Under the pieces are notes generated by a model, which searched no databases, had not been told where the DNA came from, and worked only from the letters and a program-made list of their open reading frames with translations. A stretch of DNA of 63,725 nucleotides, counting the filler, from Reticulomyxa filosa (Eukaryota > Protista > Foraminifera): NCBI GenBank assembly GCA_000512085.1. It is 17 parts of 17 records of this genome, joined end to end, with 100 filler letters (N's around TTAATTAATTAA, not from the genome) between each part and the next. Parts side by side here need not be neighbours in the genome. Positions count along the whole stretch, not along the records: positions 27,845 to 36,004 come from ASPP01018536.1; positions 36,105 to 37,104 come from ASPP01049532.1; positions 37,205 to 39,006 come from ASPP01043101.1; positions 39,107 to 41,167 come from ASPP01027457.1; positions 41,268 to 43,241 come from ASPP01011482.1; positions 43,342 to 48,298 come from ASPP01009774.1; positions 48,399 to 49,461 come from ASPP01018272.1; 10 more parts are not named here. The stretch is one strand, 5' to 3'. Made by a program: the position numbers and the translations under genes. This document shows, piece after piece, positions 35,582-48,961 of the stretch; position 1 is the stretch's first letter, and the number at the start of each line of letters is the position of its first letter.

Positions 35582-38500
35582 TACATATCTTTTTCCTCTT
35601 TTTGCTCAGTTTGGCTGTCGTCTCATTGTTTAATTTTTTTTTCCTTATATGCTTTAATTAGCTACGGTTTATTGTATGTCTCTTTTAAGTAATATTGTTG
35701 GGCTCCAAATAAGTATTTTATCTTTGCTACCTTTGAAGATTTTCACCTGTCATTGGCAGCGCGTCGATAAATTCGGGTGTACTTATTGCCATTATTACTT
35801 CTACACATGCACTTATAAACATCCACTCTATTCCAAATAATATTCCTGCTATTGATACACCTAAATGTCCCAATTTCATTTTTTGTTTTAAACTTTCAGC
35901 TAAAGCCTTTGTTTATGTTATTCAGGAAAGTAATCTAGGTTGTATTCTTTTTGAAACAAAATCTTTTTTCAATGCAAAAGTAATTAAACCTGAGATTTTC
36001 AAAGNNNNNNNNNNNNNNNNNNNNNNNNNNNNNNNNNNNNNNNNNNNNTTAATTAATTAANNNNNNNNNNNNNNNNNNNNNNNNNNNNNNNNNNNNNNNN
36101 NNNNATGCACTTTAATGTGTTTTCCAATTTCTTTGTAAAAAAAAAACAGGCCATTTCACGATAATAATGTTTTACTTACTCATCATTATACTGTGGTATT
36201 ACAATTCACATTTGCAATCTTTCTTATTTTTTTTTTTTTTTTAGGCTATTCGCTTCTTTTTGCCGACATTTCAGCTATAGTGCTAAAAGGCTTTTTTGAA
36301 AGGTTTTCATAACATAAGCTTTCAATCATATCACCTCTCTTGTCAAAATTCCAAATTTTTATTAAACCAAAAGCGAGGACTGTTATATGGAATATATTTC
36401 CATGTCAAATATAATAAATATCTTACTGAAATACAATGTTAATAAAAAATGCCTTTATTGCTTGTGTATTTGTTCAGTGTTTCCCAAATTTAAAAACTTT
36501 AAAAAAAGTGTTATGCATGTACAATGAAAATGATGTTTAAATGTAATTCATGTATATATTGAAAAAAATAATACACATGTCAACGAAATGAAATTGATTT
36601 GAAAAATAATATTTTCTAAATAAACATAAATTATAATTTTTAATATATACATATACGTGTATGTCCACAAAAATAAGCACATGTATGACACTTTTTTAAA
36701 AATTTTTTTTAACATTTGTGTGATAATTTTTTGCTTGCAATGACAATGGGATGTACATTTCAAATCCCTGTCCCTATGACATTCAATTATAATATATTTC
36801 TTGAAATATTTAAATGAAATCACATATATCGCGTCAAGTTTAATAGGATATCATTGTTTGTATTGACTTGTTCTCTTCCATTCAATCGTTTCAATTATTT
36901 CTCATTTACTTGAACAAGACTTCCTTTTGCAACAATTAAGAGAATAAATTCAATCCAAAAGGAATGAAAGCATTTCTTTATGTGCAAAATTTGATAAGAT
37001 AGAGTTTTGTTAAAAATCATTTGAAAAAACTCTTCTAAATTTGCATTTCAGCTTTGCAACAAAGATTACAAATTGAAAAACTGTGCCGTAATACTAAATT
37101 AAGGNNNNNNNNNNNNNNNNNNNNNNNNNNNNNNNNNNNNNNNNNNNNTTAATTAATTAANNNNNNNNNNNNNNNNNNNNNNNNNNNNNNNNNNNNNNNN
37201 NNNNAATCTTTGGATATGTGGTCCGAGTATGAACCAAATTTGGAAATGGAATCGGAATCCATGTCCGAAGACGGAGTAGTGGTCAACGCGATGATTGGCA
37301 GAGCGAACGAAGCTTGGATCAAGATTAACATTGACGAGTATTTGGAACAGCAAAGGTTTCATGATTGACCCAACCATGGTGGTGAGTATTTATGCCTTTC
37401 CATTGAGTCGACCAAAAAGAAAAGAACTACTATGTGTTCTGCCGAAACACAAATCGATTCTGTTTTCACATGCTTGATCAATCAACTCAAAGTTAACAGT
37501 GAATGGAATCGTAACTTATATGCAAAAATATATTAGATTTTTTTTTTTTTATGAAATTAAACAAAAAAATTGAATGGTATTTTCAAATGTTTGAATGAAT
37601 TAAAAGATGAACACAAATGTATGCGTGTCTTATATAGAAAATCATTTGAAACAATTTCAATGATAAACAAATTAGATAGAGTGTCCAGTGCTTTCATTCA
37701 TGGATTAGTAGAGACAAAAGAATAGCCTTCATGTGTAGAATCAATCACTTGGAGTAATTTCAAAGAAATTGGATGAAAAACAACTGGAAAATGCAATCAA
37801 TACTTCGATCGATAGACTAATGACAATAGTACAATGATATTCCATATCCTTGTCTGGGTAATGAAATTGAAGAAGTGTCTAATGATGAGAATACATACAA
37901 AGGGTTTATACTATTGTCCAATGTCACCGCTATCATCCATATGTGTTCAATCCAACTGCTGTTTCATTGTATCGAAATTTTATGCCAATACCAACATCTG
38001 GAATTATCAATACAAAGAAATAAACGTGTTTCGTTGTTTGCATACAACTCATATATACATATATATACAATTCAATCTGCTTTAATTCTATAATACAAAC
38101 AATGCGCTTCTGATGGTTTCTCGTACTCTATACTCAATAAAGGCTTTTCCTGGAAACCAACGCAATTCCATTAATCAAAAATTTACATGTATTCGTTTTC
38201 GGACAAAGAATGCACAATGAGCAACTTGCGCTTCCAAACTATTTCTGGAATCACGTTTAAATTGACTACAATTATACAATATTGTCCAAATAGTTTAGCT
38301 TTGTCTATTCTAGAATCTTATGTAGAATCGTGCGAGCTAGGATAAGTATTTCAAAGTATTGATACGTTTGTCTTCAGTTCAAGAGATGTTCCACATTATT
38401 GATATTTATATGCTTACGAGTTAAACATTTCACTCAAAACACTACAAGGCCAAATCCTGTGTCCAAATACCGCCGTCAAAAGGAAAAAGATCAATCGGCT

Positions 38501-39447
38501 GAATTAAATTCGAAACAAGTAATTTTATCTTTATCTTTCTTCAATAATTTACAAATTTGTGTTTTATTCCTGTATATGTAAATTTGAAACAAAAACTTTA
38601 TTTACGTGAATCAAAAGCGGATTGTACTGGCACTGTTAATGACCATCTGAGTGCATCCGGTAATAGCGCTGCTCATATTGCTTCCTCTCCAAATCGTGCT
38701 GCACATGCAGTCAATATTGAACTTATTAGCGCGGCCTGCAAACAAATGAATCAGATCCAGGTTCGGCAATCTTGGGATTGACTTCACAAATTGGTCAATT
38801 GGCATTTGAGAAGCAATTTACAATCACACTGCCGGTCTTAGAATATGACCCGTATCACGAATGACTACAGAGGATGACAAAGATAGCACGCTCTATTTAA
38901 AGGTATATATTATTTGTATCATATTTTCAGTTGTTGTAATACGTCTTAATTAAAACAATGTAAACATAGATCTTTTATTGTAGAGTGATTTACATAGATT
39001 TGGAGTNNNNNNNNNNNNNNNNNNNNNNNNNNNNNNNNNNNNNNNNNNNNTTAATTAATTAANNNNNNNNNNNNNNNNNNNNNNNNNNNNNNNNNNNNNN
39101 NNNNNNAAAAAAAAAAAAATTTTAAATATCATATTCTTTCATTCTTTGAAAATTTTTTGCTTATCTGCAAATATAAGTTTTTTTTTTGCACTTTAGTTTC
39201 GGTAAGTAATTGGCCAGGTATATAAAATGCAATTGATAAACTAAATTTACACTAAATAATGGCTAAATGAATTAATTAAATTATCTTTAAATTTGAATAG
39301 AACAATCAGAATTTTATTTACTGACTTTTGAAACATTGTTACATTCTAGAGAAAGATATATTGACAGCAAGTTTTATATATTGTACTCGGTACAGTTGAG
39401 ATTTCAAAAGATACACCAAAAACACACTTTTGTAGATCTCAGAAAGC

Positions 39448-39572
39448 TAAAAAAAGCAAAGGAAGACAAAAGCAAAAAGAAAGTGTTAATTCGGGCGGCG
39501 CCACGATGTTCATGAAGGCGCCGCCTGATTTAACTCTTTCTTTTTCGCTTTTCCCTTCCTTTGCTTTTTTTA
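39448..39572. repeat. 125-bp near-perfect inverted repeat (~55-bp arms, 14-nt loop)
   Basis: TAAAAAAAGCAAAGGAAG...GGGCGGCGCC-ACGATGTTCATGAA-GGCGCCGCCTG...CTTCCTTTGCTTTTTTTA. Confidence 0.92.
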
Positions 39573-41001
39573 AATTTGTTTGTACCATTTCTTGTCCATG
39601 TTATGGGTTTAATATGAAGCGTTAAGTTTTACTTACATTTTTTAAAAGGAGATTTAAAAAATTTTATGTGGAAAAAATTGTATATTAAATTTGTTGTATT
39701 TGGTGGCAAACAAATTCCTATTTTGTAATTTTTTTAAAACAAAGAAAATCAACTTGAAATGTAAAGATATTTTTTTAAAAATGTAAGATAATGCAAATAG
39801 AAAGAATAATTAATAAAATAAAGAAAATTGTTTTTATTATTACTGATTTTTTTGTCTTAATAGAAAGATGAATAGTGACAATAAATTAGGTAACGAAATG
39901 GGTTAAGTACTTTGCTTTTTGCTTAAGCAATTTTTTAAAATTTTTGTTTTTGTTAAAGATTGTTAAAATGAAAAGATATTTATTTAACTCCAAAAATTTT
40001 TTTTATCACTTTGTAGTAATTTTGTCTTAGAAATAAGTTTAAACATTTTAATTCCTAAAAAAAATATGTTTGATTTAAAAAAGACAGAGATTTCTTTCAA
40101 TCAAATACGGGTTGACTAATTAAATTATGAAATTTTACCTTAATTTAGAAAACTTTTTGCAAGAGTTCTTGAGAATATACTATAAAATATGATAGAATGT
40201 GATAAAGGCTTGCGCTGTTGTATAAATTAATTATTTTTTTTATATTTAATATTTTCATCGTTGTCTCATTATCCAAATTGCTGTGTAACGTTAAGTGTTT
40301 TGTTATATTTTTTTACATATTTCCTAATTAATAAATCGGAGACAAAAGGATTATTTGATTTAAAAATATCAATAGGAAATTATTGTTGTGATTGAGTTAT
40401 TGCATTTTCTTCAAAATTTTGATTTATTTATTAAATATTTTATTTTTCAGTTTAAAAATTATTGATGTTGAAATAAACCAAATAACAGCATTGGGACAAG
40501 GAACAAAGTTCCAAATTGTGCTCTTATTCAATGCTGTCTGTCTAAGATCAGTTGTAAATCAAGAAACTGTAATTATTCTAAACAAAAACATTATGTCCGT
40601 TTTTCATAAATTATTCTCAACAAGATGCATGTTTAAGATATTTGAAAGTTAATTTAATGTTGTGTGCAATTCATACTTTGCTTATCATGTCATTCTAAAA
40701 ACAAAACAACTGACAGAAAAGGGTTGAACATAGAAGAGTACAACAAAAAAAGCTAAGTTCATGATTTGTGTTTATATAAAAAAAGTAATAAAAAGAAAAA
40801 ACATTGTGATGTTTTCCAACCATTCAATAAATAATTTTAAAAATTATATGCATTCAAATTATCAATTTCACATAATTTTGCGTAAAACAAAAAAAATTCT
40901 TTGTCTTAATATTTTACAAATCTCACACATTAAAATTTTGAACACCTAAAATGCCATCAATGAATATTTTTATTGTGTTTACTTTTAAAGACTAGCATGT
41001 A

Positions 41002-41155
41002 CAGTATGTTGCAAAGAAAACTGAACACCTAAAACATATCTTATGATGATAATTGATTTTCTCAATGAAAAATCAACATTTAGATCTAATTTTTTTAAAA
41101 AAAATATCTACAAATCTTGTAGATTTTAAATATGAAATTTGTTTTTTAATAACTT
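41002..41155. mobile_element. Terminal inverted repeat of a Tc1 element related to 2070-3405, cut by contig end
   Basis: TA|CAGTA start. Collinear blocks ATTGATTTTCT..ATGAAAAA.CAACATT.AGA.CTAATTTTTTTAAAAAA..TATCTACAAAT are shared with 2070-2220. Confidence 0.8.
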
Positions 41156-41267
41156 TTTTTTTTGTTGNNNNNNNNNNNNNNNNNNNNNNNNNNNNNNNNN
41201 NNNNNNNNNNNTTAATTAATTAANNNNNNNNNNNNNNNNNNNNNNNNNNNNNNNNNNNNNNNNNNNN

Positions 41268-43150
41268 ACACACACACATATAGTATGGGTCGATTGGTGG
41301 AGATCGTACACATTGGATCAAATAATTGCGCTACTAAATGCAACCACCGTTGTTGTTGAACCTGTTCGTCCAAAGCAACACAAAGACAATTACAATATAT
41401 TTTTCCCATTGAACAAATATACACACATGTATATATTGATGTGTTGTGGTTGGGTCTGAAAGGGTATGGTGGAAGGTATTAATGGCTACCCTTGTAATGG
41501 GTCGTACAACTGCACCAATTCGATATGGACGCCGAAGGTGTGCAGACACGAAACGTGCAGCACGTTGATGAACTGGATCCCAAGTTACAATAACTTTGAA
41601 GATGCTATCATTATCGACAAGAACAATGTCCGATTGAACGTCACTGTTTCGTGTTTCCACTACCAATATAATGAAGCAATAATATATTGCATATACATAT
41701 ATATGTATATATTACTACATGAAGGTTCCAAATAAATGCACACCAATAAAAAAAAAAAGTTTGTCGGACCTGAAACTGAAAAAAGTGCACTAAACATATT
41801 TGGCAAGTTGGTGGAGGAGCAATGGCATGTGTTGTATTCCATGTGGAGTCCAAGCACATGGATAAGTAGTGGTGAGTTTATTCCGGTCGGATTTCCTCAA
41901 GGCTCCTCATTGAGCGAGGGTGTCCCCATCTACAAAATTTGGTCGTCTCGACTGAAGCAAACGCACTATTACCTGTATCTCTTGGTGAACAATGTAGGCA
42001 TGTCTTCCACCATTTATGATTACATTTTGAGTCGCGTTTGGAACCAAAGTCGGACCAACGATAGCGCCGAGTTGCGTTTCAATTATACGTGCGAATGGCT
42101 AAAAACTTTCCCCTCGATATGGACCAAATGGCTTCCAAGCATCGAAAATTATTTGCAAAATTGCAGTTTTGTCTAATCTGACATTCTTTTTCCAAACTTT
42201 TATCTAAAATAATGATATTTCATTTTTGTTGTTGTTGTTGTTTGATTGGCATGCAAAGATAGATGATATATCCGACAGTTCCTTGCAAAGCGTGATATAT
42301 TACGAAACAGACGAAGATTGGAAGAACAATTTTGACGTGACAAAGACCACGTTTCCAGATCTTTCAACAGCGCAATGGGCGAGGACCAACTGTCTGCTCG
42401 GCAGTGCGACCGTGCTCAATACCGGAAAAATGCTGGGTGTCCAAGCCATTGCTGGCATTGTGCTAGTGCTGCTGTGTGTCCAATTGGCGATGCTCGTTTA
42501 TTTGCGACACACGCTTGTCATGGCCGAATGCGCGTGGAAATTGTGCGCCGTGTACATCATCGGCGGTCTGATCACTGTGGCGAATACATTTCTTAGTCTT
42601 AGGCCCACTTTGTCTATGTGCTACATCCAAGTCTTTCTGCGCCATGGCAGTCTCGTTTTGACTTTTGGCATTTTGTTCGGCAAGACATGGAGATTGTGGA
42701 ATGTCTTCAACTCGGCCTTACACTTGAAGGACTTCCACATGACTGGTATTTTTACATACTTGTTATATATACGTATATATATATATATATATGTATATGT
42801 AAATATATGTATATGTATATGTTTATTTATTTATATTATATACACGTATACACGTGAGAATCGTTTTTTTTTTTTTTTGAAGTAAGTATACACAAACGTG
42901 CTACTTGCATCCTCAAGAGTATGAAATATGTGTGACTCAATATATTCATCAGATGGTCAGGTCGGATTAGTGGTTGGCGCGCTGCTGTTAATAGTCTGGG
43001 GCGGCTTGGGAGCCTATCTTGGATACAAGCATTTCCGCTTGGACTCGTTGATTTACCATCAACGCCTTTACCATGTCTGCGAGTGCGATAACTTTTTTTG
43101 TTGGAGTCGTTTTTTACTTTTTTATGGGCTGGCCTTTTTGTATATTGGTA
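41268..43150 (+). CDS. Class C (GABA-B-like) GPCR-type protein with solute-binding-like ectodomain, partial, multi-exon
   Basis: TM block LSMCYIQVFLRHGSLVLTFGILFGKTWRLWNVF has the 7tm_3 pattern. Upstream LYSMWSPS and TCEWLKTFPSIWTKWLP resemble glycine-betaine-binding (OpuAC-type) proteins. Confidence 0.65.
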
Positions 43151-43341
43151 CGTAGCATATATGTATGCGTACATATACATATGCACATATATTTACATAT
43201 ATGTATACATATATGTTTATATAAATATATATATATAAATANNNNNNNNNNNNNNNNNNNNNNNNNNNNNNNNNNNNNNNNNNNNTTAATTAATTAANNN
43301 NNNNNNNNNNNNNNNNNNNNNNNNNNNNNNNNNNNNNNNNN

Positions 43342-44693
43342 CAGCACATATTTAGCATCTCGTTAAGTAAAATGGTTCTTTATTTTGGCACCAAAAAAAA
43401 CGTATACACACGTGCAATGGGAACGAATATAATATAACAAAATAAAAATGAATGATAGCACATCGGTGCAAGAGGTAAGTCAGTATTTGAAATACGATAA
43501 CAAAATGCTGTTGCAAAACAGTTTATCACGAGGAGAGTTGGAAAAACAAGGAGCTGAGCTTTCACTCATCCAAGTGATCAACAGTGAAAGAGGATACGAT
43601 TTGTTTATGAAACATTTGGCTACAGAATTTAGTATGGAATGTTTAAGTTATTATTAAGTATTATATCTGTATATGTGTATATATTGTATAGAATAATAAT
43701 GATAATAATAATAATTATTATTATTATTATTATTATCATTATTATTATTATTGTTAATGTGAAAACATAGGTAGTGTAACCGAATTTCTACATTATCAAC
43801 AGTATTTGTACGACGAATACTTTGCGCATGTGGACACATTTGATCCGAAGAAACATCTGCTGAAATACAATCTTGGCTCGAGTGTCATCGAAATCCCACC
43901 GCAAGTGCCGAAGTCGTATATTGTGTATTGCACAACCATATCGAATGATATATATCCACAATTGAATAGCTTGTCCCCACACACGTCGACGTACAACCGC
44001 GCGATAAAGAACTTTTTCAAGAACAAGATGTATTCCTCAAACGAAAGGTCCAAGTCCACGACCGTCGATCAATCGAAAAGCGTGAAAGCGCCTTTGCAAA
44101 AACGCAAGCAGTTCCCCACGGAAATGAAGATCGACTACTTCAACACTCCACTCACTGCCGATATACAAAACCCAAATGATTCCAAAAGGATCGGAATAAA
44201 TACTAGTGTGGAGGACAATAGCCACGCGAATGACAATGACAACGATCAACCACAAATACAAGTGAAAAAGATGAGCAGTACGCATATCTTGAACAAAAAG
44301 GTAAGTAGCAGTGATGTATATACGACTGAAAATGAACTGTCTGCGTACTTGCTGGATCAATCGAGTGAAGAGTTAATCTTTAGATTTCGTCAGATTTCAT
44401 TTAGCTTATTTGAAAAGTATATTAATCCTAACAGCTGTTATGAACTTAATATCCGTGGCGAAACTCGCAGGAAATTGCAATACAAAATGAGTGATCGCAA
44501 AAAATGGTTTGCTGGGAAGGATGACGATATTATCAAATTAACTGCTTTCGATTATCTTCATCTGTTTGACGATTCGTGCAAAGAAGTCTTTCAACTTTTG
44601 CAAGACTCTTTTCGTAGATTTCAACAGACTCTACCATGTAAGGCACTCTCACAAACTCTTCATCCTCATTCGAACAATAGCTCTTTACTTTAG
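43342..44693 (+). CDS. RGS-domain protein, 5' truncated, with a large insertion in the RGS domain
   Basis: GYDLFMKHLATEFSMECL / intron ~43645-43770 / ...LFEKYINPNSCYELNIRGETR...LFDDSCKEVFQLLQDSFRRFQQT. Confidence 0.85.
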
Positions 44694-45218
44694 GTGATAC
44701 CATCAAACTTGTAATCTTTTTTTTTTTTTTGTTAAAGTAGCATGGTTAAATGTAAAGATGTATGATGATTGTCTGTAATGATAATACCACTATCGTTCCT
44801 TTTTTTATCAATCTTCGTAATTATCCTTTAAGAGCGTATTATGCCTCACTGGCTCCATTTCTGAGTGTTTATAGAGCAGGGGTAAAATATACTATATTCA
44901 TTGCTAAGGTAATCGCTAAAATACACAATTTTATTGCTGTTCAACTTTTTTCCATCAGCAATAATATGCAAATGTCTAGAAAAGCTAACATTTTTTTGTT
45001 TGCATCTCACACTACTCATTTTTGCTCTAAAGATATATCTTTTGATTTGAAATGTTTAAAAGCATATGAGGGAATTTCTTTACTTCCATTTGAAAACAAA
45101 AGTTTAAAAATGAAAAAGTTCCTCCAATTTTGAGGAACAACCCCTTTCTTTACAACCACTTATTTTAGAATTTGTGTTTTTTGGAAGCTTTCAAGTTTGA
45201 TAGATTGTCCTTTGAAAA

Positions 45219-45875
45219 ATGGCCCGAACAAAACAAACTGCACGAAAATCCACTGGTGGTAAAGCCCCTCGGAAACAACTGGCGACAAAAGTAAGAACCA
45301 AGCAGGGAGCCAATTTTTTGTATTTTAATTGTATTTTACCCCTGCCCTATGACTATGGGGATAAAGACTACTCAAAATTGCACTCTATAGGCAGCAAGGA
45401 AGTCTGCTCCGACAGTTGGTGGTGTGAAGAAGCCACATCGTTATCGACCTGGAACAGTTGCTCTGAGAGAAATTCGAAAGTATCAAAAGTCAACAGAACT
45501 GTTGATCAGGTCAGTTACACGCATTGGCGCAAATCTTTTTGCCCCAAAAAAAAAATGGTTTTGATTTTTTTCCAATTTTTTTTTTTTTTTTTTCTTATTT
45601 TCTTTTTATCTCACAAAAACAAAACTATATTTTTTTGTATGATCGTTTGCAACAGAAAGCTGCCATTCCAACGATTTGTGCGAGACATTGCCCAGGAATA
45701 CAAGCAAGATTTACGATTCCAATCGTCTGCCATAATGGCTTTGCAAGAGGCGACGGAGGCATATCTTGTGTCGTTATTTGAAGATACTAACTTGTGTGCC
45801 ATCCATGCCAAACGTGTCACCATCATGCCAAAAGATATCCATTTGGCTCGTCGAATTCGTGGTGAAAAATCATAA
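45219..45875 (+). CDS. H3: Histone H3 variant, exons 45219-45290, 45391-45509, 45656-45875
   Basis: Splicing two GT-AG introns gives full-length [45 protein letters not shown]...[12 protein letters not shown]. Confidence 0.98.
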   Translation: MARTKQTARKSTGGKAPRKQLATKVRTKQGANFLYFNCILPLPYDYGDKDYSKLHSIGSKEVCSDSWWCEEATSLSTWNSCSERNSKVSKVNRTVDQVSYTHWRKSFCPKKKMVLIFFQFFFFFFLIFFLSHKNKTIFFCMIVCNRKLPFQRFVRDIAQEYKQDLRFQSSAIMALQEATEAYLVSLFEDTNLCAIHAKRVTIMPKDIHLARRIRGEKS

Positions 45876-46752
45876 TTTGTGTTTATGCAACATTTAAATA
45901 GTCGCCTCCAAAATTCGAATGCGTGCAAGGGAACACCAAATGTTCAAAAAGGGAACAAAATTAGACCCAAAAAAGTTTAAAAAAATAAAAAACAAATAAA
46001 AATAAATTGAAACATTGTTTGAACGCAAGAGGTTAGGTTTTGTGAACTCGATTTACTTGTGGAATTTTTTTGAACATTGCTGAACTTTTTTTGCAATTAA
46101 TGTCATTGTAGACTTCGCATTTTGTGTTTTGATCTGAGCAAATTATTCACTAAGCTAGTGGTTTTAAATTCTGGCTTGTGCTGCTGAGTCGTTGTTTCTC
46201 CGGGGAGGGGGATTCATACGGTCGAAACTTTTTTCGTAGTAAGTAGTCCGTTCGTGTCACTTCACGATACCGAGTACGAACAATCTAAGCGAAAACTAGC
46301 CAAAAATGATCTAATATTTCAGAAAATGGCTGTCTTTTGAAAAAGAGTAAATGATTCTGATACAATAGGAACTTACAAACAAAAATCCGTGGTGAACGAC
46401 TCCAAAACCTTTTCAAAAAAAGGTTTTTGGAAAACACAAACGTTTCTTAACTAATCGTATCTTTCACAGTGCAGCGGTGCTTTTGTTGTCTTATCTACGT
46501 TGTTATCTTAATTTGGAAGACTTGTATAAAATGATTGAAAATACCTGAAGTTAAATATTTTAATACACTTTTGAAGATATTGTGAGTTAATCTAATGATA
46601 AAAACGTGAAATACAAAAAACTACAGCCAAGATAAAAGTTAAAAGTCAAAGACAGGTAATGAGATTTTCTAAATTGACAGCCTTGCGAACGCCTAATAAT
46701 CTGTCCAAAGCTTTTGCAAATCTCAGACTTTTAGTCGAAATTATTCTGGATA

Positions 46753-47223
46753 ATGGTTCGAACGGAAACGAAACAGGAGTATAAACCTCCACAGCTGTTT
46801 AGTTGGGGGGCTTTTGCACTAGTGGGTTTGATTGCGACAAGTGCCACTGGTATGTTAGTGGTTCGAGGATGGGGATTCAATCGAAATTTGGATGCAATGC
46901 AAAAATTCTGGACTCGAAACTCACCAAAAATAAGACGAATAGTCGAAGAAACACCATTAGCGACACATGAAAAAGATAATCAAAAAATATTTCGCAGTAC
47001 AGTGTCAGGCATCGTGAATACTGCAGCGAAAATATCCCAAGAAAAAATAGATCTGAACAATGAGTACATGAAAGGCACATACTCCCCAGAAGGCGATGAA
47101 CATGTTAATCCTCCGCCAATCTCTTCTCATAAAGATGCAACATTTGCACCTGAAAAAAAATACAAAGGTACTAGCACAAAAAGGACTTTACTTTCAAGTA
47201 AACCGCAAAAACCCTCACAATAA
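46753..47223 (+). CDS. 156-aa hypothetical single-pass membrane protein
   Basis: Clean ATG-to-stop ORF with one hydrophobic helix LFSWGAFALVGLIATSATGMLVV. Confidence 0.6.
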   Translation: MVRTETKQEYKPPQLFSWGAFALVGLIATSATGMLVVRGWGFNRNLDAMQKFWTRNSPKIRRIVEETPLATHEKDNQKIFRSTVSGIVNTAAKISQEKIDLNNEYMKGTYSPEGDEHVNPPPISSHKDATFAPEKKYKGTSTKRTLLSSKPQKPSQ

Positions 47224-48398
47224 GTGTTCAAAAATATCGTTAGTTTGCAGCATTGAATTTAAATTGTATTTTGCAATTGATCTAGAATTGCTTTTGTCCT
47301 AGTTTTAATAGTTGCATCCCATTTTCTTTTTGACAAAGAAAGGCTTCATGCACATTTCATTAAAATATCTCAAACTACATTTCATTTGTTATCACATAAG
47401 ATTTAGTTGCCTACTAGTAAATATCTGGAAGCTGATTATTTTAATATTATAAAAAAAACTTAAACTGGAGTTAGGACAATTTGAATGATACATTCATTCC
47501 TTTCCACAAAAATTGATGAGTGTTGAACGTACAAAAACTGCTTTGCATTGAGATTTTTACAATATCACAAATCAAAATCAAAATCTTATCACTTGATAAA
47601 ACGTGACTATTAGTTAAAATGATCAAGTGTTTGTATGTAATACGAAAATAAATTAAGTTGACAAACAATAAGAAGATAACCTACGAATAATTTAAAAAAC
47701 ATTCAATTGCATACTTCAAATCTATTTTTCATTATGCACCAGTACAATCATGATATTTTTATTAAAAAATAATAATAAATGTAAATTTTATCGAAAAAAA
47801 TGAAAAAATTGTCAGAAAAAAAAGGCGTGGTGACCACTGGGCTGGATCATATGAGCAACCGAGACACTCAAGCTGACATTCGAGGTACCAGACAAAGCCC
47901 ACACTAGAGTTGCGCATGCCGACCATCATATATATCCCGAACTCACCAGCAGAAGAAATTCTAACATCAATCAATAATAAAATAACTGTTATCTATACAA
48001 GTGCATTTCCAAATCCTGGTATTGGAGGAGTGTGAGTAATTATACAAGACAATCAAACCACGAATATGTTGAAATCGAACATTCAGTAAATGGAATTACT
48101 ACCAGTATTGCATGCGAAACAGATGGGATAAAGAAGGCACTAGAATATATCTATCTATACATACTACAGATGCAGAAAAGATATAGTCATAATATTAAGT
48201 ATCTCCAAGTTTGCTTTAACAGCAATCAAAAATATAAACTGATAAACACCAAGTGTACGAATGTCAAGAGATCTTACATGGGCTAGGAGAAAATGACTNN
48301 NNNNNNNNNNNNNNNNNNNNNNNNNNNNNNNNNNNNNNNNNNTTAATTAATTAANNNNNNNNNNNNNNNNNNNNNNNNNNNNNNNNNNNNNNNNNNNN

Positions 48399-48875
48399 CT
48401 CCAGGGTGAAGGTCACCTCGTTGTCGCCGTTGGTCGTGACCTCTTTCAGGTTCTTGTACCAGACCTTGCGCGGGTTCTTGCGGATCATTTCTTGCTTCTC
48501 GTCGCCGCGCAGGGCGTCCCAGTGCATTCACGTCCTTGGACGAGAAGGGCTTGCCGTCTGCCACTTCACGCCGCTGCGCAGCTTGAAGGTGAGCTTCGTC
48601 TTGTTGTCGTTCCACGACCAGCTCTCTGCGAGCTCGGGCACGATCTTGTCGGGAGCGTTGATCTTCTCCTTCGGGTCGAACATCACGAGGTTGTTGAAGA
48701 CGGACATGAACGGCATGTTCGTCGAGATCGTCGCTTCCTCGTGGATCGAGGCACTCGGCGGATTGTCACGATGGGACACGCGGAGTGTCCCGCCCTGCTT
48801 CTGCGCGAAGGCAGGAGCGGATACGGCAACGGCGGCCGCCAGGCCGCCGGCAATGATTGCCAGGCGATTGCGCAT
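48399..48875 (-). CDS. ABC transporter substrate-binding protein, family 5 (peptide/nickel), 3' truncated, frameshifted
   Basis: Signal peptide, QKQGGTLR, IVPELAESWSW...LTFKLRSGVKW then DGKPFSSKDV in a shifted frame. High-GC codon usage. Confidence 0.92.
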
Positions 48876-48961
48876 TTTCTTCCTCCCAGAGCCACGCTCG
48901 TTGGCGTGTTTATTCTTCCCCGTTGCCCACAGGCTATCACATCATGTGCGATGGCCAAGCC

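Noticed and set aside
37205-39006. Scattered coding-like pieces including ankyrin-like GNSAAHIAS
   Set aside because: A single weak motif with many stops; no gene model.
46401-46431. Short hairpin TCCAAAACCTTT...AAAGGTTTTTGGA
   Set aside because: Short and A/T-run driven; plausible by chance.
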